A stretch of 64,000 bases of DNA from a bacterium. GTDB taxonomy: Bacteria; Actinomycetota; Acidimicrobiia; Spongiisociales; JAHEDJ01. How positions within the stretch are numbered: the first letter of the stretch is position 1; every line of letters starts with the position of its first letter. The stretch spans positions 74,365 to 138,364 of the forward strand of contig JAHEDJ010000002.1 in the NCBI GenBank assembly GCA_024641325.1, written 5' to 3'. Under the pieces are notes generated by a model, which had not been told where the DNA came from, did not search any database, and worked only from the letters and a program-made list of their open reading frames with translations. The position numbers and the translations under genes are program-made. Positions 48,973-58,210 of this stretch are shown in pieces.

Positions 48973-51543
48973 TCAGCCTGTGCGAAGTTGCCGGACAGTG
49001 TTCGAGTACTCCAGTGGTTCGATCATCCGTCTCGGCGCCATCTCGATGGCCTCGTCGATCGACACGGCGGGAGACAGGTAGAACCCCTGGACGTGTCTGC
49101 ATCCGAGTTCTCTCAGCCTCGTGAGCTGTTCACGGGTCTCGACGCCTTCGACGATCGAGCCCAAGCCCAGAGAGTTACCGATGGTCAAGACGGTGCGAAC
49201 CAGTGAGGTCTCTCCCTTTCCGAGTTTCTCTACGAATGAACGGTCGATCTTCACGATATCCAGCGGCAGCCGATCGAGATAACTCAAGGAGGAGTAACCC
49301 GTTCCGAAGTCATCGATGGCGAGATGGATTCCCAGCGACTTCAACTGCTCCAACTTCTGCACCGCGGTGTGCATGACTACGTTCTCGGTGATTTCAAGAG
49401 TGAGGTGATCGGCCGCGAGGCCGCTATCGGCCAGCGCGTGGCGAACTTCGTCGACGATGTCACGTTCGCTGAGTTGCTTTGGAGAGATGTTGACGGCTAC
49501 ACCGGTCGCAGAGCCCGGGTTTGCGAGCTGCCATTTCCTCGCGTCTGTGCATGCCTTTTCGAGGGCCCACCGGCCGAGGCGAACGATGAGCCCCGATTCC
49601 TCGGCATAGGGTATGAACTCGTTCGGTTGGATGGTTCCCAATGCCGGATGGTTCCATCGCATGAGCGCTTCGAAACGCGTGATGGCTCCAGTGGTGGTAT
49701 CGACGATCGGTTGGTAATGCAGCTCCAGTTGGTTCAACTGGAGGGCAGATTGCAGTGACGTCCGGAGCTCGAGAGTCTTAGTCACCTCGTCATGCATTGC
49801 GTCTTCATACTGCCGATAGGTTCCCTTGCCCTGGTGCTTGGCCGCGTACATCGCCGCGTCTGCGTTGCTGAGTAGCTCTCCCGGACCGTCGTCGGGGGTC
49901 GAGAGGGCAATGCCGATGCTGGCCCGGCTCAGGATCTGGTGGCCATCGATGAGGAATGGAAGTTCCAAGGAGTCGATCATGCGGGAGGCAAGTCCGACAG
50001 GAGCGGTGGTGTCTCGTGTTGAAGGGATCAGGATGGCGAACTCGTCACCTCCGATACGGGCAATTGTGTCGTCGCTGCGACACTCGCCTTGCAGTCGCTC
50101 CGCTACGCCGATGAGTAGCTGGTCACCTGCGGCGTGCCCGAGACCGTCGTTGACGCTCTTGAAATCGTCAAGGTCGAGGAACATGACGGCGGCCGAGGCG
50201 CCTTCCTCGAGGTTGCTCAAGGCGTCATTCACACGGGCGGTGAAATTCGCTCGATTGGCGAGGCCGGTCAAGGAGTCATGGAGTGCCTGGTACTTCAGTT
50301 CTTCTTTCAAGATGGTCAAGCTGGCGAGTGAGTCGACGAGTTTGCCGTTTTCCAGCGAGACGGCGACCTGTCGGGCAAAGGTTTCGAGGAGTTTGATGTC
50401 GCGGGGTTTGTAAGAGCTCACATCGTCGAGCTTGTTCGCCACGAGAAGGATGCCTCCGACCGCCTCATCGACGAAAAGCGGTGTGGCGATGCCTTCCCGG
50501 ATGGACGGGCAGTCGCCCATCCGCGTGAACGCCTCATCGTCCTTGTCGAACAACCTGCTGGCACGGGTCGATGCGATCTCATGCCAGACAGGACGTTCGT
50601 GATCGAGCGGAATCAACTTCATCTGGAGTTCCCCGTCGGCCGGCCCGACTCGGGTCCGGTATGCGGCATTGTGGGAGTCGTCGATGAACAGAGTTATCTC
50701 CGCGAACTCCGCAGCAAACATCGCGCGTGCCCGGTCGGCTGCTACCAGCATCGCTTGTTCGATTTCGGGCGTCTGGTGCAGGACTCTCGTCGCGTCGTAG
50801 AGAGACTCGAGGCGTGTGCGTTGTTCGCGCTGGCTCATATAGGCCCGGTAGGAAAGGAAGAGAATGGCAGGCGGTATCATCGCCAGGAAGGCCATCCCTG
50901 GTGCCAATTGGGTCATGGTGACGGCGATCAACGCCAGACTCGAACTCATCAGTGTGGCAAGTGTGCTCAGCCCGATGACTTCGCTGAGCCCGGGCCTGCG
51001 GAAAGACCCGGAAACCAGGAAGATGGCCAGGTTGACGAGGAACATTGCCGTGGTGAGCGCGGCCAGAGCTGCAATGAGCGCTCCTGCCCATCCCGCAATT
51101 CCCAGCGGCTCCCCGAGCCGCGCGATGCTCCGGAACACCACGATGGCCATCCCGAACACAAGTGTGAATTGAGAGACGTTGAAGAGGAGTTTCAAAAGGG
51201 GTTGGCGGCGGTGGATGCTCAGCACGAGCGTCGAGCCGATCAGGACCGAAAGCATCATGTGAGCCGGAGCGAAGAAGAAGAGGCCGAAGATCAGCGGGAT
51301 TTCGCTCATCGAGAAAGAATGAGCGTCGCGTTTCCCGCGGAAATGGACGACCGTGATCTCGCTCAAATATACGGCCGGGATCAAGACCCACCATGGCACG
51401 CTGGGCGCACCCGGCATGACCGCCCAGTCGGAAACGATCATGGCGATCAGCAGGGCGGCAGCTGCGATGGCGGCCGTGAGGAAGAGAACACGTGTCGATC
51501 CGGACCTACGGGTCGATTTGGTGGGGGCTGGTCGTGTCTTCAT
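48973..51543 (-). CDS. Membrane sensor with GAF, GGDEF and EAL domains (diguanylate cyclase/phosphodiesterase).
   Basis: Has an N-terminal polytopic domain, an intact GGDEF (RIGGDEFAIL) and EAL motifs (EALMRW, DDFGTGYSSLSYL). Confidence 0.9.
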   Translation of the reverse strand: MKTRPAPTKSTRRSGSTRVLFLTAAIAAAALLIAMIVSDWAVMPGAPSVPWWVLIPAVYLSEITVVHFRGKRDAHSFSMSEIPLIFGLFFFAPAHMMLSVLIGSTLVLSIHRRQPLLKLLFNVSQFTLVFGMAIVVFRSIARLGEPLGIAGWAGALIAALAALTTAMFLVNLAIFLVSGSFRRPGLSEVIGLSTLATLMSSSLALIAVTMTQLAPGMAFLAMIPPAILFLSYRAYMSQREQRTRLESLYDATRVLHQTPEIEQAMLVAADRARAMFAAEFAEITLFIDDSHNAAYRTRVGPADGELQMKLIPLDHERPVWHEIASTRASRLFDKDDEAFTRMGDCPSIREGIATPLFVDEAVGGILLVANKLDDVSSYKPRDIKLLETFARQVAVSLENGKLVDSLASLTILKEELKYQALHDSLTGLANRANFTARVNDALSNLEEGASAAVMFLDLDDFKSVNDGLGHAAGDQLLIGVAERLQGECRSDDTIARIGGDEFAILIPSTRDTTAPVGLASRMIDSLELPFLIDGHQILSRASIGIALSTPDDGPGELLSNADAAMYAAKHQGKGTYRQYEDAMHDEVTKTLELRTSLQSALQLNQLELHYQPIVDTTTGAITRFEALMRWNHPALGTIQPNEFIPYAEESGLIVRLGRWALEKACTDARKWQLANPGSATGVAVNISPKQLSERDIVDEVRHALADSGLAADHLTLEITENVVMHTAVQKLEQLKSLGIHLAIDDFGTGYSSLSYLDRLPLDIVKIDRSFVEKLGKGETSLVRTVLTIGNSLGLGSIVEGVETREQLTRLRELGCRHVQGFYLSPAVSIDEAIEMAPRRMIEPLEYSNTVRQLRTG

Positions 51544-51555
51544 GGTGACCGCTTC

Positions 51556-53385
51556 TTATCGATCGAGCCAGAGGTTGCCGGACCAGCTGAGGCCGCTCCA
51601 CGATAGGCCCGACCACGACAAGCCGTTCCACCCGTTGGCCCACTCGCCAGTCGACCAGCTGAGGCCACTCCATGAGAGACCGGACCAACTGAGTCCCGAC
51701 CAGCTGAGGCCGCTCCACGAGAGACCCGACCAACTGAGTCCCGACCAATCGGCTCCGGCCCAGTCATTGCCGTTCCAGCTTCCGCCGGACCAGCTGAGGC
51801 CGCTCCACGAGAGACCCGACCACGACAGGCCGTTCCACTCCATACCGAAGATGTCCTGTTCGCCGGTGAGTTCCACCCCGTCGATAGTGACGTGTGAATC
51901 GCCCCTGGCCAGCTCCAGGGAGCCGGTGCCGGTAGACGGTATCCAACTCTGACTCGCTTTGTTAGTCCTGGGTGTTCTCGTCGACGAGGCCCTCTTGAGG
52001 TTAAGGACACCGCCGCCCTGGCATTCGCTCGACACGCCGCGGATCGAAGAGGATCCCGCCACCAGGAGATTCTTCACCTGATCCGGAGTCAGCTCGGGGC
52101 GTTCCTCGATCAGCAAAGCGACGCCGCCCGACACAACCGCGGCAGCCTGAGATGTTCCGCTGCCGCGGAAGAACCGGAAACCTGCAACGGCCTCGGGATG
52201 TGCCTGATCGATAAACGATCCGTAGTCGCGCAAGCTTACGATTGATCGGCCGGGGGCCACCACATCCGTCGTCCTGTTGCCCGTACCGCAGTTGGAGAAG
52301 CTGGGTATCACATCGTCTCGAGGCGTTGCCGTGCCCATGGGATCGACCGCACCGACCGCAATCACAAAGGGGTCGTAGGCCGGATTGCGGACCGGATAGG
52401 AGTTGCCGTCGTTTCCGGTGGCGGCGATTACGACGATGCCGTGGTTCCAGGCCGCCTCGACCGCGTATGCCAGAGGGTCGATGGTGTAGGACTGATTTCC
52501 AGTTGTACCGAACGAGAGGTTGAGGACCCGGATGTTCAGACCGTTGTCGTTGCGATGCTGGACTACCCAGTCGATGCCTGCGATCACCTGGGAAACATCC
52601 ACGGCACCGTTTGAGGCGGCGACCTTGACGTTGACGATGCGGGCGTCGGGCGCCATGCCGAGGAAGAAGTACTGACCGTCGCTGCCGGTGATCGAGGAGG
52701 GAGCTAACTCGTCACGCCCGGCGATGATGCCGGCCATGTGGGTGCCGTGGCCGTATCCGTCCAGGTATCGCATCGACTCGTTCTGTGAATCGAACGACAG
52801 ATCCGGACCGTTGACGACCTTTGCGGGATTCATCAGCCCGTATACCGGAGCTACTCCAGAGTCGATGATTGCGACATCGATCCCGGCTCCGGTATAACCC
52901 TGATCCCACATCCAAGTCGCCATGGTGATCTCGTTTGTCACTTCATACATCGTTCCGTCGCCGACGGGAGGAGCCTCTGAACTCCAGCCACTGTCGACCG
53001 TCTTGAGTTCTGCACTTGCTTCTCCCGTCAGATATCCGGAGTCGCCGGCCAGGCTGGCCAGGGTTACGGGGTAATCCGGGGTCACGGCGGTAACGTCGGG
53101 GTGCAATCTGACGGTGACGAGTTCATTGGCAGGAATCCGTGCCGCGAATCCATCGAAGATGCCGAACTCGTGGGTGATCGTTCCACCCAGCGTTTCGACG
53201 AGGGCCTGGACGGCACCGTTCGATCCGGCGTCTTCGAGGACGATGACTGAGATTATCTCGGAGGCGGCAGGAGGGGAGGCTGCCGCGGCTGGCGCGACGA
53301 TGAGGCTCAGAACAATCAGGAGAATGGCCATCCTCCGGGATTTGCCACCGTCCCAACTCAATCCGATATGCATCATTCCGTCCAT
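51556..53385 (-). CDS. Secreted S8 (subtilisin-like) serine peptidase with a C-terminal Trp-x4 pentapeptide repeat array.
   Basis: Catalytic triad contexts are DSGV, HGTHMAG and GTSQAAA, with a signal peptide and an AGGAG SD 6 nt before the ATG at 53385. The C-terminal 100 aa is a repeat of the form (WSGLS)n. Confidence 0.85.
   Translation of the reverse strand: MDGMMHIGLSWDGGKSRRMAILLIVLSLIVAPAAAASPPAASEIISVIVLEDAGSNGAVQALVETLGGTITHEFGIFDGFAARIPANELVTVRLHPDVTAVTPDYPVTLASLAGDSGYLTGEASAELKTVDSGWSSEAPPVGDGTMYEVTNEITMATWMWDQGYTGAGIDVAIIDSGVAPVYGLMNPAKVVNGPDLSFDSQNESMRYLDGYGHGTHMAGIIAGRDELAPSSITGSDGQYFFLGMAPDARIVNVKVAASNGAVDVSQVIAGIDWVVQHRNDNGLNIRVLNLSFGTTGNQSYTIDPLAYAVEAAWNHGIVVIAATGNDGNSYPVRNPAYDPFVIAVGAVDPMGTATPRDDVIPSFSNCGTGNRTTDVVAPGRSIVSLRDYGSFIDQAHPEAVAGFRFFRGSGTSQAAAVVSGGVALLIEERPELTPDQVKNLLVAGSSSIRGVSSECQGGGVLNLKRASSTRTPRTNKASQSWIPSTGTGSLELARGDSHVTIDGVELTGEQDIFGMEWNGLSWSGLSWSGLSWSGGSWNGNDWAGADWSGLSWSGLSWSGLSWSGLSWSGLSWSGLSWSTGEWANGWNGLSWSGLSWSGLSWSGNLWLDR
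51570..51850. repeat. About 19 tandem 15-bp coding repeats (consensus ccagctgaggccgct in plus orientation) encoding WSGLS pentapeptides.
   Basis: Direct read of the periodic DNA and protein (W every fifth residue). Confidence 0.85.
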
Positions 53386-53758
53386 TGCGGCTCCTGGTTC
53401 CTGTCTTTGTATGGGAGGTATCGACCAAAGGAACCGAGAACTTGGGAACCGTTTGCCAGACGCTCGAGGTAACTAGTTATTTGCCGTCGCCCGGTTTGGC
53501 GATTTGCGAGTGGTATACCCCATCCGTTTTCGCCGGCAGGCGGAAGCATCCAACCCACTGGAATCATCGCTGCGCCGGGGTGGCGTGGCGCAGAGACCGA
53601 TCCGCTTCGAATTGCGAATCGCGAATCGGGTTTCTCCCCTTCCGATTCCGGTTGCCGGCGACCACCTCGCGCCGAAGGCATTAGGGGAGATGTATCCACG
53701 AGAAAGCCGAACCGGAAGCCCGGTTCGGCTTTCACTGGACAACTCTGTCGGTCTGGGA

Positions 53759-54007
53759 CTACGACCAGGACACTCCTCTCATGGAGTACGAACCCGACGG
53801 ATAGATCGGGTAACCACCGGATCCGGTCGGATAGCCCCAGGCGACGACGGCAGTGTCACCGTCCGCCAGCTCCAGGGAATCTGCGGCCTGAGCGTTCGGC
53901 AAGAAGCTGACCACCAGCAGCACCGCCATGGCGACGGCAACGAGGAGGATGGCGATTCGTTTGGACCTACTGTCGTCCCAGGCGATTCCTAAGTTCGGAC
54001 TTTGCAT
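53759..54007 (-). CDS. Small secreted peptide precursor (83 aa) whose leader is paralogous to that of the subtilase.
   Basis: The start at 54007 has a GGGAGAG SD 5 nt upstream. The N-terminus LGIAWDDSRSKRIAILL parallels the subtilase IGLSWDGGKSRRMAILL, with a predicted cleavage after AQA. The mature roughly 45-aa Gly/Tyr/Pro/Ser-rich peptide ends in SWS. Confidence 0.45.
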   Translation of the reverse strand: MQSPNLGIAWDDSRSKRIAILLVAVAMAVLLVVSFLPNAQAADSLELADGDTAVVAWGYPTGSGGYPIYPSGSYSMRGVSWS

Positions 54008-54141
54008 TTGCTCTCCCAGTCTTCGCTTCTGGACTTCATCGGCGCTCATCTCGGGAACTTGGGGACTGTTTCAAGGACGTTCCGAGTAACTAGTCCTTGT
54101 TGGCGGTAGGGGGCGAGCTGCAACGACGCTACGCTGAACTC

Positions 54142-55206
54142 ATGGCAGCTGAAGAAGAACGTATTGCCCTGTTCCTGGACTACGAGAACCTGGCGATTGG
54201 AGCGCGTGACAACCTCGGGGTCACCTTCGACTTGAAGCCGATTGCCGATGCTCTTGCCGAACGCGGCAGAGTGATCGTGCGGAAGGCTTACGGCGATTGG
54301 TCGATGTTCGACGAGGATCGCCGGATGCTCACCCGGAACCACGTGGAACTGATCGAGATCCCCCAGCGGATGGGTGCCTCACGCAAGAACGCGGCCGATA
54401 TCAAGATGGCCGTTGATGCGCTTGAACTCGCTTTCGAGCGCGACTATCTCACAACATTTGTCATCGGCACGGGTGACAGCGATTTCACACCCCTGGTTCA
54501 CAAACTTCGAGAGTTGAACCGGAAGGTGATAGGGGTCGGCATCAAGGACTCGACGAGTGCGCTGCTGCCCCCCGCCTGCGACGAATTCCTGTTCTATGAA
54601 CGACTCGAGGGGGTGGAGGTGCCCGCCGGCGCGCGGCCGGGAGCCCAGCGGCCCCATCGCCGGACGAGCGATCAGCAGGAAGAGCCGAAAATCGAAGTTG
54701 AGGTCAAGGGCCTCGACGACCTCGACAAGCTGGTCACCCAGACACTCTCTGGCCTCCAGCGCTCCGCTCCGGGCGCCGTCCTTGCCTCCTCCCTCAAGCG
54801 GGCATTGATCCGGAAGGATCCGACCTTCAGTGAGGCCGACTTCGGCTTCCGGGCGTTCGGAGAGCTCCTGAGGCATATGGAGAAGCGGAAGGTTGTCGCA
54901 CTGAGCGAAGGTAGCGCAAAGGGTGATCCAGTCGTAGATTTCCGCTCAGGTGACAGCGGTGAAGATGAGGCATTCTCGCTCTTGCTGTCGGTTGTGGCGG
55001 GTTTGGAGACGGCAGACGGTCCACCTGCTCTATCCGGTCTGAAGAACCAGTTGCGAAAGCAGGATTCGAAGTTCACCGAGAAACGGTATGGATTCGGGGG
55101 ATTCCTGCAGTTCTGCAAGGCGGCGCAAGCCCGGGGCCTCATCGAACTCGAGTGGAACGACGCTGCAGACGACTACCTGGTGAGGGTCGCTCTACCGGAT
55201 CGGTAG
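54142..55206 (+). CDS. NYN-domain ribonuclease-like protein with two C-terminal OST-HTH/LOTUS domains.
   Basis: The NYN motif is IALFLDYENL...RKAYGDW...GTGDSDF, followed by two LOTUS-like modules (LKRALIRKDPTFSEADFGFRAFGELL and LKNQLRKQDSKFTEKRYGFGGFLQFCK). Confidence 0.7.
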   Translation: MAAEEERIALFLDYENLAIGARDNLGVTFDLKPIADALAERGRVIVRKAYGDWSMFDEDRRMLTRNHVELIEIPQRMGASRKNAADIKMAVDALELAFERDYLTTFVIGTGDSDFTPLVHKLRELNRKVIGVGIKDSTSALLPPACDEFLFYERLEGVEVPAGARPGAQRPHRRTSDQQEEPKIEVEVKGLDDLDKLVTQTLSGLQRSAPGAVLASSLKRALIRKDPTFSEADFGFRAFGELLRHMEKRKVVALSEGSAKGDPVVDFRSGDSGEDEAFSLLLSVVAGLETADGPPALSGLKNQLRKQDSKFTEKRYGFGGFLQFCKAAQARGLIELEWNDAADDYLVRVALPDR

Positions 55207-55283
55207 CTGCCGGGGGCCGGACAACCGGCCGCGACCAAGGCGTAGACTGAGGACTCTTCGCCTCGAATCCTCAGGAGGTCATT

Positions 55284-56678
55284 GTGGAACAACGCCGTCG
55301 CAGCTGGGCAGAGCCCTACAAGATCAAGATGGTTGAACCCATCAAGATGACCACCCGAGAGCATCGCGAGAAGGCGATCGCGGAGGCCGGATACAACAGC
55401 TTCCTGCTCCGCTCTGAGGACGTCTATATCGATCTGCTGACAGACTCGGGCACTTCAGCGATGTCCGACTATCAGTGGGCGGGTCTGATGCTCGGCGATG
55501 AGTCGTACGCCGGTTCGAAGAGCTTCTACAACCTGGTCGATGCCGTGCAAGAGGTGTACGGCTATCCCGAGTTGATCCCGACGCACCAGGGCCGTGGTGC
55601 CGAGCACATTCTGAGCCAGCTCATGATCAAGCCGGGCGATTACGTGCCCGGCAACATGTACTTCACGACAACTCGTTTCCACCAGGAGTATGCCGGTGGG
55701 GTATTCGTCGACGTGATCATCGATGAGGCTCATATGCCGTCGGTCGAGCACCCGTTCAAAGGCAACGTCGATCTGGGCAAGCTCCAGAAACTGATCGATG
55801 AAGTGGGCGCCGACAAGATCCCCTACATCTCGGTTGAGACGAACGTCAACATGGCCGGCGGTCAGCCGCTATCCATGGCCAACCTCAAGGCGACCTATGA
55901 ACTGTGCAAAAAGCACGGTATCCCTGTGATGCTCGATGCCACGCGTGCGGTTGAGAACGCCTACTTCATCCAGCAGCGTGAAGGCGGCTATGAGGACAAG
56001 TCCGTCAGAGAGATCATGCTCGAGATCTGTTCCTATTCAGATGGCGCAACCGTGTCGTCCAAAAAGGACAACCTCGTCAACATCGGCGGATTCCTGGCAG
56101 TGCGCGACCCGGAGCTGGCCACGCGGGCCCGTGCCATGCTCGTTCAGTTTGAAGGTCTGCATACCTACGGGGGAATGGCAGGCCGTGATATGGAAGCGCT
56201 TGCCCGCGGTATCCACGAGATGGTTGAAACCGATGATCACGCAAGGGCGCGAGTAGGTCAGGTCGAATACCTCGGGAACTCGCTGCTGAAGGCCGGTATC
56301 CCGATCGTCATGCCTGTCGGTGGCCACGGGATCTTCATGGACGCGGCTGCGATCCTGCCGCACCTTTCGCAGGACCAGTTCCCGGCCCAAGCGTTGACTG
56401 CGGCGCTGTACGTCGACTCGGGTGTACGCGGGATGGAGCGCGGAATTGTTTCCGCCGGGCGGGATCCGAAAACCGGCGACCATCGTTACCCGAAACTCGA
56501 ACTCGTGCGGATGGCCATTCCCCGCCGGGTCTATACACAGGCGCACATGGACGTCACCGCCGAGTCGGTCATCGAGGTCTTTGAGAACCGGGAAAGCGTC
56601 GGCGGTTTGAAGTTCACCTATGAACCGCCGGAACTCCGCTTCTTCCAGGCCCGCTTCGAAGAAGTAGCGAGTCGCTAG
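55284..56678 (+). CDS. Beta-eliminating lyase of the tryptophanase/tyrosine phenol-lyase family; tryptophanase is most likely.
   Basis: Strongly resembles TnaA along its whole length (FLLRSEDVYIDLLTDSGT, IPTHQGRGAEHIL, SKKDNLVNIGGFLA with the PLP-lysine context). Confidence 0.8.
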   Translation: MEQRRRSWAEPYKIKMVEPIKMTTREHREKAIAEAGYNSFLLRSEDVYIDLLTDSGTSAMSDYQWAGLMLGDESYAGSKSFYNLVDAVQEVYGYPELIPTHQGRGAEHILSQLMIKPGDYVPGNMYFTTTRFHQEYAGGVFVDVIIDEAHMPSVEHPFKGNVDLGKLQKLIDEVGADKIPYISVETNVNMAGGQPLSMANLKATYELCKKHGIPVMLDATRAVENAYFIQQREGGYEDKSVREIMLEICSYSDGATVSSKKDNLVNIGGFLAVRDPELATRARAMLVQFEGLHTYGGMAGRDMEALARGIHEMVETDDHARARVGQVEYLGNSLLKAGIPIVMPVGGHGIFMDAAAILPHLSQDQFPAQALTAALYVDSGVRGMERGIVSAGRDPKTGDHRYPKLELVRMAIPRRVYTQAHMDVTAESVIEVFENRESVGGLKFTYEPPELRFFQARFEEVASR

Positions 56679-56726
56679 TCGCGGGTCGCGGGTAAAACTC
56701 GCGACCCGGAACTCGTGACCCGCGAC
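56679..56726. terminator. GC-rich nested stem-loop between the convergent lyase gene and gdhA.
   Basis: GTCGCGGG...CCCGCGAC forms an 8-bp outer stem with an inner stem GGGTCGCG/CGCGACCC. Confidence 0.55.
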
Positions 56727-56730
56727 TCTT

Positions 56731-58086
56731 CTACGGCCAGATGCCTCGTTCCATTAGCGTTTTGACACACCGTCCCACGGCCACGACATAGGCGGCCGTG
56801 CGAATGGTCGGCGCGTCCAGGGGCGATTCATCTGGGTGATCGACGGCCCACTCCGCTCGATAGTGGTCTATCGCATCGACCAGAGCGGCCCTGGAAGTCA
56901 CTACGACGTTGGTCGCTCGATACATCTTCTTCTTGAGCTTCTCCTGAACCTCGTGTTCCTCCCATTGCTGGTTCTGGAGATTCTGTACCCACTCGTAGTA
57001 GCTGACCACGACGCCGCCGGCGTTTGCCAGGATGTCGGGAAGCACGATGATGCCGTTGTCGTGAAGGATGACATCGGCTTCAGGAGTCGTCGGACCGTTG
57101 GCGGCTTCGACCACCAACCTCGCTTGGACCCGACCGGCATTGCTCTCGACAATCTGGTTCTCCATCGCGGCCGGTATCAGGATGTCGCAAGGCACTTCGA
57201 GTACTTCCCTGGGTGCCAGTGCCTTCGTGCTCGGGAAATCCACGACTGATCCTGTTGCATCCTTGTGATCCGCGACCCGTTTCACGTCGAGTCCGCCCGG
57301 CTCGAAGATCCCGCCCTGAGAGTCGCTGACTGCCACGATTCGGGCGCCCGCGTCGTCGTAGAGCCTGGCAGCCCATCGGCCGGCGTTTCCGAAACCCTGG
57401 ATGGCGACATCAGCCCCCTTGAGCGAGGTCAAGCCGGGGAGGCCGCCCAGCTCGAGGAAGTGCTCGGTCACATACAGACTGCCCATGGCGGTGGCGCTAT
57501 CGCGCCCGAGCGATCCTCCGAGGTCCACCGGCTTACCTGTGACCACCGGAAAGCAGTTCTCGCCGGGATGCATCATCGAATAGGTATCGAATACCCATGC
57601 CATCGTTTGCTGGTCCGTATATAGGTCCGGGGCCGGTATATCCGTATGAGGTCCTATGTTGTCGCCCAGAGCAGAGATGTACCTGCGCGTGACCCGGGCT
57701 TTCTCACCCTCCGAAAGCAGGCGGGCATCGCAGGCGACTCCACCCTTTGCCCCGCCAAACGGCACATCGACCAGGGCGCACTTCCACGTCATCCACGCCG
57801 CCAGGGCACGGACTTCTTCTTCGTTGACCGTCGGATGAAACCGGAAGCCTCCCTTGCCGGGACCGCGGGCGTTTGAGTGCAAAACGCGATACCCACGGAA
57901 CATCTCGACACATCCGTCATCCATGCGCACCGGTAGGGATACCCTGACTACCTGTTCGGGTTCGAACAGCCACTCGCGCATGCCCGTGCATTCCTTGAAC
58001 TGATCGAGGAATGGAACAGCCTGGTTGAACTGGTGGTTGGCTACACGGAGCGGATTCAGCTCTCCTTCGGTGATCACCGCAGTCAT
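56731..58086 (-). CDS. gdhA: Glutamate dehydrogenase (Glu/Leu/Phe/Val dehydrogenase family).
   Basis: Has KGGFRFHP, the catalytic-Lys motif FGGAKGGV and a Rossmann GFGNAG at 451 aa. Confidence 0.8.
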   Translation of the reverse strand: MTAVITEGELNPLRVANHQFNQAVPFLDQFKECTGMREWLFEPEQVVRVSLPVRMDDGCVEMFRGYRVLHSNARGPGKGGFRFHPTVNEEEVRALAAWMTWKCALVDVPFGGAKGGVACDARLLSEGEKARVTRRYISALGDNIGPHTDIPAPDLYTDQQTMAWVFDTYSMMHPGENCFPVVTGKPVDLGGSLGRDSATAMGSLYVTEHFLELGGLPGLTSLKGADVAIQGFGNAGRWAARLYDDAGARIVAVSDSQGGIFEPGGLDVKRVADHKDATGSVVDFPSTKALAPREVLEVPCDILIPAAMENQIVESNAGRVQARLVVEAANGPTTPEADVILHDNGIIVLPDILANAGGVVVSYYEWVQNLQNQQWEEHEVQEKLKKKMYRATNVVVTSRAALVDAIDHYRAEWAVDHPDESPLDAPTIRTAAYVVAVGRCVKTLMERGIWP

Positions 58087-58210
58087 CCTTTCCGGAATGG
58101 ACGCCGCTCACCGGCCCCCACTCTTTTCATGGTCCTCCCGGTCGCCTCGTGTCCCAAGGGGCCGAATGGCCTTGGACTTGAGACACCCGGCCCTCAGCCA
58201 TACTGGGGTG

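Noticed and set aside
51570-51850. Regular short direct repeats that could be mistaken for a CRISPR array.
   Set aside because: The 15-bp units are contiguous with no spacers, lie in-frame inside the subtilase CDS, and encode a pentapeptide repeat. No cas genes are present.
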